Program-made: the position numbers and the translations under genes
The notes under the pieces: model-generated
Databases searched by the model: none
Seen by the model: the letters and a program-made list of their open reading frames with translations, nothing else
Told to the model about the DNA's origin: nothing
Assembly: GCA_041391245.1 (NCBI GenBank)
Contig: JAWKOJ010000013.1
Span: forward strand, 39,231 to 103,230
DNA length: 64,000 nucleotides
Direction of reading: 5' to 3'
Source: Caldilineales bacterium
GTDB taxonomy: Bacteria > Chloroflexota > Anaerolineae > JAAEKA01
Shown: piece by piece, positions 9,401-17,025 of the stretch
Numbering within the stretch: the stretch's first letter is position 1
Layout: the number at the start of each line of letters is the position of its first letter

Positions 9401-10021
9401 CTGGAGCTGACGGAAGCCCGCATGCGCGAGGCGCGCGAGCGTGTCGCACGCATGGCGGCCGACTACGATCCCGACGATTTCGAGGATCTTTCTGACCTGC
9501 CTGACATCGAGTTGGTAAGCTGCTCTGATGTGACAGCGGCCTATTTCCCCTACCGCTGGTATTCTCTTTCGGCCGGCGACGATGACAACAAGATCAAGCA
9601 ACTGGCGGGCCAGGGCGACGCGCGCGAGCTGGCCGTCCTGTTGGAAGGGGTCAACGTGCGCGGCTTCGTCACTGGCGAGCAGGGCCTGCACCGTTTCAAC
9701 GAGAAGCGTCCCAGCGGCGAGCGCAGCCAGACCCTGGTGGAAGTGGTGGTCGAATGGTTCGGTCCGCAGTGGATCGACCGGGAGCCCTGCTATCGCGCCA
9801 TGCGCTCGCCGGACTACATCCGGCTGTTTCTCCCCGACTACGCCCCGCCGGCAGGCCAGGCCGACCTGGAGGTCGCACGAGTCTACCAGCTTGGCGGCCA
9901 GGGGCACGTCCTAGACCCGCGCACCCGGGTCCGCCGCAACGACGTCCAGGCCGTCCTCGACGGTGATCTGGACGACTTCATCCTGGCGTTCCTGCGCGTG
10001 CAGCAGGAGCTTCTGTCGTAG
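6488..10021 (+). CDS. Fusion protein: HicB-like N-terminal fold + ClpA-type two-ring AAA+ ATPase + RF2-like (PCRF plus decoding-domain) C-terminal module without a GGQ domain
   Basis: ORF 6443..10021. Start placed at ATG 6488 (GGGAAAGGGA upstream). N-terminus: [33 protein letters not shown]. D1: [44 protein letters not shown]. D2: [80 protein letters not shown]. C-terminus: [87 protein letters not shown], which aligns from memory to RF2 domains 1, 2 and 4. Confidence 0.85.
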   Translation: [1177 protein letters not shown]

Positions 10022-10076
10022 GATAGGGCCTTGTGCCCGTTCTGCCTCCCGGAACGCCCACAAGGGGCTATCCTAC
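10018..10076. repeat. 59-nt quasi-palindromic element, copy 2 (inverted relative to copy 1)
   Basis: gtaggatagggccttgtgcccg-loop-cgcccacaaggggctatcctac. It starts on the stop codon of the fusion gene and overlaps the stop of the minus-strand gene ending at 10073. Confidence 0.85.
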
Positions 10077-11397
10077 AGTGATTCGGTAATCTGGCGCGTT
10101 TCGATGAACTGGATGCCCAGCGACTCCAGCTCCGCCAGCACCGGCTCGTAGATCTCCGGCACCACCGGCACCTGCACGCCGGTCAGATCGATCTGGCCCG
10201 TCAGGATCAGCTTCACGGCGATGGCGGCCGGCAGGCCAACCGTGCGCGCCATAGACGTGTCACCGTAGGGGATGCCGAAATCGACCATGGTTGACGTCAA
10301 CTGCTCGCGCCGGTCGGGGAACTCGGCCTCGAAGATGTGCTTGAGTATCAGCATGTCGCGCTCGCCGGGGGCGTAGCGCATCTTGTCCAGCATGGTCGCG
10401 GTCAGCACGTCGATGGGTGAACGGACGCCGGCCGGCAGCGCCTGGTCGCTCAGCAGCCCCAGCCAGATCAGGTTGTCCAGCACGAACGAGTCGGGAGGCA
10501 GATCCAGATGTTCCGCCAAATCGCCGCGCAGGCTGCCGGCGCTGTCGGTCAGACTGGCAGTCAGGCCGGCGTAGGTCAGGCCAGCCAGGTCGCGCGGCGT
10601 CTCGTCCAGCATGCCAAGCTGGGCCAGCTTGCGCAGCGTCTGGCACCAGCCCACGTTGCGCAGCGTGCCGCGGAAGAACGTCAACGGATTGGTGATGCCG
10701 TAGGTCTGCATGTAGGGTAAGCTGTCGCGGTTGGGATAGCCGTCGTAGTCGATCTCCTCGCCCTCCACGGCCACCGGCACAGTGACATAGTGGGGTCGAA
10801 CAGCTCGTCGCCCGGTATCTCCACGTCCTCACCGTTCCACAGGTAGTGCGCCGGGTTCTTGCCGGCCAGCAGCACGCCGCGGCTCCAGGAAAACTTGTAG
10901 CCCAGCGGGTTGTCGTTGGCGTCAGGCGCCGGAAGGCCGCCGCACCAAGACACGAAGCTGGTCACGCGCCCGCCGTCGCCCCGCACCGTGGATGATACGC
11001 ATCGCGGTCATGTGGTCGATGCCGGGATCGACCCCGATCTCGTTGAGCAGGATGACACCCGCGGCCCTCGCCGCCTCATCCAGCTCCGCCATGGCCGGCT
11101 TGACGTAGGACGTCGTGACCATGTGCACCCGGTTGGCGACGCACAGCCGCGCCACGGTCGGGTGATAGGCGTAGGGCAGCAGGCTGACGGCCAGATCCGC
11201 CCCGCGGATCAGCGCCTCCAGCGCGGCGGGGTCGTCGGAGTCGACGGCCAACGCGGCCGTTGGGATGGCCGGCCACCAGCGCCTCGGCCTTGCCGACCGT
11301 GCGGCTGGCGACCGTGACGTGAAAGTCGGGTTGGTCCAGCAGATAGCGCACCAGCGCGCCGGCGACCATGCCGGCGCCGAAAACTACGATCTTTCAT
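10073..11397 (-). pseudogene. Saccharopine dehydrogenase (NADP+, L-glutamate-forming type), reading frame broken about 4 times
   Basis: Conserved sequence is spread over minus ORFs 11209..11397, 11076..11369, 10922..11251, 10681..10986 and 10073..10780 (MK|IVVFGAGMVAGALVRYL, GVDPGIDHMTAMRIIH, PLGYKFSWS, VAVEGEEIDYDGYPNRDSLPY). Frame changes lie near 11389, 11265, 10985 and 10790; the last is in a C-run (gaccccac). Confidence 0.75.
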
Positions 11398-11413
11398 GTT
11401 TGGCGTCCTTTCC

Positions 11414-11509
11414 GTCCTCCTCTACTCATCCTCCTACTCATCCTACTCCTACTCTTGTCCGGACGAGTAGGAGTAGGAGTAGGAGGATGAGTAGGAGTAA
11501 GAGCAGGAG
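11414..11509. repeat. Tandem-repeat hairpin, CTCCTACTC / GAGTAGGAG family
   Basis: Left arm tcctcctctactcatcctcctactcatcctactcctactc, loop ttgtccggac, right arm gagtaggagtaggagtaggaggatgagtaggagtaagagcaggag. Intercistronic between two minus-strand genes. A second copy type lies at 54221-54312. Confidence 0.85.
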
Positions 11510-12816
11510 TTACAAGTACTGCTCCAGATAGCGGTAATCCGGCGTCAGCTCGCCGCGGTGGGTGATGACGGCGCGCTTGATGGGCGCGGGCAGGTCGAGG
11601 TCATCGAACGACATGTTGTAGTCGGCGGCGACCAACGCGGGGATGAACCCGGCCAGCACGCGGCTGAAGTCCTCGGATGCGTCGCGCGGCAGCTCGCTGG
11701 GCAGGATGTCCACTGCCATGTCGACGACGCCGCGGCCAGCCACGCCGTCGGTCGTCCCGCCGGTCAGCGGGTCGTAGACAAAGCTCGGCTCACCTGCCTC
11801 GGTGGCGCGCACGGTGCACTCGATCGCGCCGTCGATGTCGCAACTGATGTCGCCGATGACCTGCAGGCGCAGCGCGTGTCAGCCTCCAGCGCATTGCGCA
11901 GGTACGCCGCCGTCACCAGCCGCGGGTACTGCGGCGCCCAGTAGATGGCGTTGACAAGCACGTCGAGATACGGCAGGTATTGCTCGAAGGCCGGCCGGAA
12001 CTCCTCCGGGTGGCGGTAGTAGCGCTGCAGGTCGAAGGGCTGGCCGGCTGCCAGCGGCGCCGCGATGTGTTCCTCGCGGAAGGTGGTCGCGCAGATGACG
12101 TGCCGCGACGCGGATGGATCGCTTGCCAGCGCTGCCAGCTCACCCGGATCGACGACCTCGACCGGCAGGTGGTCGAGGATGTGCCAGACGCCGCGCGCCA
12201 CGTTGCCGTAGCCGGCCACACCCAGGGTCAGCGGCGCCAGCCTGGCAGGCAGTCCGTAGCGGTGGATCGCGCCGCCCAGCGCCCTGAGATCGACCAGCGC
12301 CTCGTCCAGGTCGTGGTACTGGTAGGGCTGGCGCAGCGCTGCGAACGGGGTGTCGATCCCTTGCCACGCCAACCGCAGCCCCAGCGCCCGCAACGTCTCC
12401 AGCGCCCCGGCTACGCCCGCGTGCCAGCCAAAAAAGATCAGCCGCCGGCCGCCTTCGTCGATGATCCTTTCGTAGTCGATCAACGTGCAGCCCAGGTCCA
12501 GCAGCCGTTGCAGCATCGGCATGTTGAACGGCTGACCCTTGATGACATGCGCGAAGAAGACATAGGCCTGGCCGGGCAGAAAGACCTCCTTCGGTATCTC
12601 CTTGATCGCCAGGACCACAGGACAGCCGGACAGATCCTCATCGACCTGCGCGCCGGCCTGGCTAAACTCGTCATCGGAGAAGGCGCGGATCGACGAGGGC
12701 TGGACGCGCGTGTCGATGCTGTGCTGCTCGCGCAGATGGCGCGCGCCGACCGGTGTCAGCGGGACACGCCGCTCCCAGATGCTCTTGTCCTCCCGCCGCA
12801 CGCCGACGGTTGTCAT
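11510..12816 (-). pseudogene. Lysine-ketoglutarate reductase / saccharopine dehydrogenase (AlaDH/PNT-type domain), one frame break
   Basis: ORF 11764..12816 (MTTVGVRREDKSIWERRVPLTP...LVNAIYWAPQYPRLVT) continues in ORF 11510..11812 (EAGEPSFVYDPLTGG...ITHRGELTPDYRYLEQYL) after a frame change near 11870-11900. Confidence 0.75.
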
Positions 12817-12860
12817 GGTTGTCGCTCCTCGGTTTGGAAAGTATAATCGCGGTCAGACGG

Positions 12861-13038
12861 ATGATGTGAAACGGAGTTGTGATGCGTGATGCGTAATGCG
12901 TGATGCGTAATGCGTGACCGGTCCAGACAAGTACCTGAGCGCCTTCACGCCACACGCTTCACGTATTCACATTTCACGCATCACGTTTCAGCCTTCACGT
13001 TTCAGCCTTCACGTTTCACGTTTCACGCTTCACGTCAC
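12861..13038. repeat. Tandem-heptamer hairpin, GTRATGC / CGTTTCA family, in a divergent promoter region
   Basis: gtgatgcgtgatgcgtaatgcgtgatgcgtaatgcgtgac on the left. On the right, cacgcatcacgtttcagccttcacgtttcagccttcacgtttcacgtttcacgcttcacgtcac. Confidence 0.8.
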
Positions 13039-13061
13039 GGGCGAACGGAGGCCAACGATCC

Positions 13062-13517
13062 ATGAACACCCTCGACTCGATCACCAACTTCTTTCAGATC
13101 CTGCCGTTGATCGGCACGGCCGGCCAGCCGACCGCCGGCCAGTTCACCGCCATACGCGATGCCGGCTTCGAGTTAGTGGTCAACCTGGCGATGGCCAGCT
13201 CGGACAACGCGCTGGCTGATGAGGCAGGCATCGTGGGGGCGCTAGGAATGGAGTACGTCCACATACCGGTGGTCTGGACCAACCCGACGCCCGACGACCT
13301 GGCGCGGTTCTTTACGACGATGGAAGCGAACCGGGGTCGCCGCGTGTTCGTCCACTGTGCGCTGAACTACCGCGTGTCCAGCTTCATGTACCTCTACCGG
13401 GTGCTGCGGCTCGGCGCAGACGAGGAGGACGCCCGCTGGGACCTGCTCTCGATCTGGGAGCCGGACGAATGCTGGTCGAACTTCATCGCGGCGGCGCTGG
13501 CACCGGATCATCGATAG
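13062..13517 (+). CDS. Protein-tyrosine-phosphatase-like (DUF442-type) protein
   Basis: 151 aa; GTAGQPTAGQFTAIRDAGFELVVNL...VFVHCALNYRVSSFMYLY; GGAGG RBS upstream. Confidence 0.6.
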   Translation: MNTLDSITNFFQILPLIGTAGQPTAGQFTAIRDAGFELVVNLAMASSDNALADEAGIVGALGMEYVHIPVVWTNPTPDDLARFFTTMEANRGRRVFVHCALNYRVSSFMYLYRVLRLGADEEDARWDLLSIWEPDECWSNFIAAALAPDHR

Positions 13518-13568
13518 GCGGGCAGGCTCGGTCAGGAGACCCGCCCAAGCTATGGATCTCGCTGGCTT

Positions 13569-13602
13569 AGAAACCGAGTTTCTCTGAAGAAACTCGGTTT
13601 CT
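13569..13602. terminator. Bidirectional hairpin terminator between convergent genes
   Basis: Perfect 15-bp stem agaaaccgagtttct / agaaactcggtttct with a 4-nt loop. Confidence 0.7.
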
Positions 13603-13609
13603 TGGCGTC

Positions 13610-15253
13610 TCACTTCAGCACTAGCAGCAACAGTTGCGCCATCACGATCTTGGTGACGGTCGCGATGGGGAAGGTCAACGCATAGCCGGTGTTGGGCATC
13701 TCGTCCTCCGATTGCTCCAGCGCAAAGCCGAGAACCGCGGGCTGGGTATGCACGCCGGCCAACATGCCGGTTAGCAGGCCGTAGGGTATCTTGAACACCT
13801 TGTAGCCGATCACCACGATCAGAAGTGACACAGTCAGTGTGATCAGCGCGCCGGCGGCGAAGAGCGTCAGCCCGTTGCCGCTGCCGAGCGTCTGCACGAA
13901 GGTGTAGCCGGAGCGCAGCCCGATGCTGGCCAGCAGCAGGATCAGGCCGATCTGGCGAATGGTCAGGTTGGCGCTGTAGGGCAGCGTCCAGACCACGCGG
14001 CCGGTACGCCGCAGCGAGCCCAGGATCAAGCCGGCGAACAGCGGCCCCAGCGCATTGCCCAGCTTGAAGCTGGCGCCGCCCGGCAGCGGGACGGTGATCA
14101 TGCCGATCAGCAGGCCGATGCTGATGCCCAGCCCCAGCGCCAGCAGGTCGATCTCGCTCAACGCCTTGTACGAGTCGCCAAAGAAGGCCGACACATCATC
14201 CATCCGATCGCGCGGCGCCACCACCCGCACCCGGTCGCCCAGCTCCAACACAGTGCTGCTCTCGGCCAGCAGGTCCACGTCACCGCGACGCACACGGGTT
14301 GCGATCGCGCCATATTCCTGCGGCAGTTGTAGGTCGCCCAGCTTGCGGCCGGCAATCTGCGGGCTGGACACGAAAACGCGGCGAAAGTCGTAGCGGCTGC
14401 GGTCCAACTCCAGGTGGTAGTCGGTCAGCTCACCCAGCGCGGCCACTACCACATCCACATCCTCGGGCGCGCCGATGACGCTCAGCAGGTCGCCGGCCTG
14501 CAGCACGGTGGCGCCCGTGGCCAGTTGCTCCTCATCGCCGCGCTGCAGGCGGGCAAAGACGACGTGCCAGCCATAGGTCGCCACCAACTGCCGGATCGAC
14601 TGGCCGACCGCCGCCGTCTGCGTGATGCGGACCGTGCGGTTGTACAGCTCCTGCTCTACCAGGTAGATGCCGCGCAGCTTGCGCGCCTCGTCGCGGTAGT
14701 TGATGCGCCAGACGCGCTGCAAGACGTAGCCGGTGAGGATGACCCCCATCACGCCGATCGGGTACGCCACCGAGTAGCCGACGGTCGGCTCGTTGGCCAT
14801 CTCCGACGACAGGCCGGCCGGTGTGTTGTTGGCGATGGTGTCAATGACGCTGGCCAGCGCGGGCGTGTTGGTCAGCGCGCCGGCATACAAACCCGAGGTC
14901 ACGGTGGCCGGCATCCGCAGCACAAGGAACTCGACTACGGCAACCCCCGCGGCCAGCACCAGCACCACCACGGCAAACAGGTTGTCGCGCAGCCCCTTGC
15001 TCTTGAACGAGGCAAAAAAACCCGGCCCGCTGGTCAGCCCGACGGTGTACACGAAGAGGACGAGGCCGAGGTCGAACAGCGCCGGTGGTATCTTCAGATC
15101 CGGGTCCAGCGCTCCCACCGCCAGGCCGACGAAGAGCACCGCTGCCACACCCAGGCTGGCGCCTTTGATGCGGATGCGGCCCAGCGCGTAGCCGGCCGCC
15201 GAAACCAGGAAGAGCAGCAACAGCGAGTTCTCGATCAGCACCTGGATGATCAT
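13610..15253 (-). CDS. AspT/YidE/YbjL (AAE) family transporter with two RCK_C-like domains
   Basis: 547 aa; two hydrophobic halves flank a soluble duplicated segment (VRVVAPRDRM..., LLSVIGAPEDV...). Confidence 0.8.
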   Translation of the reverse strand: MIIQVLIENSLLLLFLVSAAGYALGRIRIKGASLGVAAVLFVGLAVGALDPDLKIPPALFDLGLVLFVYTVGLTSGPGFFASFKSKGLRDNLFAVVVLVLAAGVAVVEFLVLRMPATVTSGLYAGALTNTPALASVIDTIANNTPAGLSSEMANEPTVGYSVAYPIGVMGVILTGYVLQRVWRINYRDEARKLRGIYLVEQELYNRTVRITQTAAVGQSIRQLVATYGWHVVFARLQRGDEEQLATGATVLQAGDLLSVIGAPEDVDVVVAALGELTDYHLELDRSRYDFRRVFVSSPQIAGRKLGDLQLPQEYGAIATRVRRGDVDLLAESSTVLELGDRVRVVAPRDRMDDVSAFFGDSYKALSEIDLLALGLGISIGLLIGMITVPLPGGASFKLGNALGPLFAGLILGSLRRTGRVVWTLPYSANLTIRQIGLILLLASIGLRSGYTFVQTLGSGNGLTLFAAGALITLTVSLLIVVIGYKVFKIPYGLLTGMLAGVHTQPAVLGFALEQSEDEMPNTGYALTFPIATVTKIVMAQLLLLVLK

Positions 15254-16038
15254 TGTGCCGGCTCCCAGTTATAGTCGCACGCGGTCGTGATTTGGCGAAA
15301 CCCGAAGCGCTGCACGATGGGCCGGCTCATGGGGCTGGCGTCGATGGTCAGGAAGCGCGCCCCGCGCCGGATCGCCTCCTGCAAACGCACGGCCAGCAGC
15401 GCAGTGTAGTAGCCGCGCTTGCGATACGCCGCCAACGTCGATCCGCCCCACAGGCTGGCAAAGGGCCGGCCCTCTTCAAGATAGAGCCAGGCCGCGCTGA
15501 CCGGGATGTCGTCGTCGTAGGCCACGTAGATCGACATCCATCCGTCCTTGTCGAGCAGGGAGTCGGTGAGATAGGCGATAATCCTGTCCTGATCTTCGTC
15601 CCATACGGCCCGCTCCACGGCTTCTACATCGCGCAGCAGCGCGGGATCGCGGATCTGGCGAATGTCCGCGTTGACGGGCTGGAGCAGCTCGGCCGGCGCG
15701 CTGTCGAGCTCCAGCGCCATGATGCTCTCGGGCTCGTCGGCCGTGAACCCGTGCAGCAGCAGACGCGCGTCCAGATCGGCCGGCTGATCGTGGGTGTAGA
15801 GCTTCCAGCCAACCTTCAGCCCCTGCCCGCTGGCATACTCGATCTGTTCCTGGATCACGCGGTCGGCGTTGTCGGTGTCCAGGCAGGTGTAGGCGATGAA
15901 CACGCTGTCGCGGTGCTCGCCGGGGTTCCTGGGCAGGTGGCGCACCACCAGCCCGGTCTCCTCGCGCACAATGTCCGGCCACACGGCCTTGACACGCTCT
16001 TCCTGATCGTAGAGCGCCAGCAGTTCGTGCAGTTCCAT
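15250..16038 (-). CDS. GNAT family N-acetyltransferase
   Basis: 262 aa; RKRGYYTALLAVRLQEAIRRGARFLTIDASPMSRPIVQRFGF; 4-nt overlap with the downstream gene. Confidence 0.8.
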   Translation of the reverse strand: MELHELLALYDQEERVKAVWPDIVREETGLVVRHLPRNPGEHRDSVFIAYTCLDTDNADRVIQEQIEYASGQGLKVGWKLYTHDQPADLDARLLLHGFTADEPESIMALELDSAPAELLQPVNADIRQIRDPALLRDVEAVERAVWDEDQDRIIAYLTDSLLDKDGWMSIYVAYDDDIPVSAAWLYLEEGRPFASLWGGSTLAAYRKRGYYTALLAVRLQEAIRRGARFLTIDASPMSRPIVQRFGFRQITTACDYNWEPAQ

Positions 16039-16042
16039 GGGG

Positions 16043-16384
16043 TTACCTTCCTACGCCGGCAAATCCAAGGCCGACGACGCCCGCGATGATCAGCCCGATG
16101 GACGCCAGCTTCAGCGCCGTCATTGGTTCGTGGAACCAGACAACGCCAATGGCCGCGATCAGCGCTGTGCCAAGGCCGGCCCAGATCGCGTAGACCAGGC
16201 TGACCTCCAATTGCTTGAGCGCCAGCGCGATCGCGCCCAGACTCAGGGCATAGCAGACGAACATGGCCACGGCATAAACCGGCCGGGTCATGCCCTCAGA
16301 CAGTTTCATGCTTGTGGTGCCGATGACCTCGAGCACGATGCCGACGAACAAGATCACCCAAGCCGTTGCAGGACTTCCTATCAT
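16043..16384 (-). CDS. SMR-family small multidrug efflux protein (EmrE/SugE-like)
   Basis: 113 aa, four predicted TM helices, LEVIGTTSMKLSEG and VYAIWAGLGTALIA motifs. Confidence 0.85.
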   Translation of the reverse strand: MIGSPATAWVILFVGIVLEVIGTTSMKLSEGMTRPVYAVAMFVCYALSLGAIALALKQLEVSLVYAIWAGLGTALIAAIGVVWFHEPMTALKLASIGLIIAGVVGLGFAGVGR

Positions 16385-17025
16385 TCGGCGGCCGCGTCGG
16401 CTTCCTCCGGCTCAACGTCCGGCTGGACCGTCTCGCCCAGCAGTTCGGCCAGGTTGATCTGCAATGCGGGGAACAGGTGCGGCTGGAACACCTCGCCGGC
16501 AGCTACGCGTGTCAACGCCAGGTAACCCTCCGGCGTCAGGCGGTATTCCTCCACCGTCAGGGATTGGCTGTCGATCAGCCAGTACCATGGCACACCAGCC
16601 TCGCGATAGGCGTTGAACTTGTCCACGCGGTCGCGGCTGGCGCTGGCCGGCGAGACGATCTCCACCACCAGATCCGGCGCGCCGATGATCCGCCCGCGCT
16701 CGGCCGAGTAGCGCTCCAGGTTATCCTCCGCCAGAAACACCAGGTCGGGAACGTAGACGCGCCGGCGCGACAACTGGACATCGATTTCAGGCCAAACAGA
16801 GCCAGAGTTCGACGCTGAGATGTGCTCATCGAGCGCGGCGCCCAATCGCATGATGATCTTCTGGTGGCGCGGATATGGACGAGGCATGGCAACCAACTTC
16901 CCTCCATCAAATTCATAGTCAGGCGGTCCCTCGGGCAGCGCGTCGAAGTCGGCCAGGGTCAGCGCCTGGCGGACAGGCAAGGCCGGCGCGCGGCTTTCGG
17001 TCATCGGTTTCACTGCTACAGCCAT
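16381..17025 (-). CDS. Uma2-family (DUF820) endonuclease
   Basis: ORF 16381..17100; start moved to ATG 17025 (GGAG 9 nt upstream). PDYEFDGGKLVAMP, PDLVFL, PDLVVEIVSPAS, AGVPWYWLID. Confidence 0.8.
   Translation of the reverse strand: MAVAVKPMTESRAPALPVRQALTLADFDALPEGPPDYEFDGGKLVAMPRPYPRHQKIIMRLGAALDEHISASNSGSVWPEIDVQLSRRRVYVPDLVFLAEDNLERYSAERGRIIGAPDLVVEIVSPASASRDRVDKFNAYREAGVPWYWLIDSQSLTVEEYRLTPEGYLALTRVAAGEVFQPHLFPALQINLAELLGETVQPDVEPEEADAAAE

Noticed and set aside
9880-9900. GGQ tripeptide (YQLGGQGHV) that could be read as the catalytic release-factor motif.
   Set aside because: It aligns to the C-terminal IRSYVL...KDLRT segment of RF2, not to the domain-3 loop. The whole domain 3 appears to be missing.
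11414-13038. Short tandem repeats that might suggest a CRISPR array or a minisatellite.
   Set aside because: The units are 7-9 nt and contiguous without spacers, and they are arranged as inverted runs forming hairpins. No cas genes and no 25-40-nt repeat/spacer periodicity are present.
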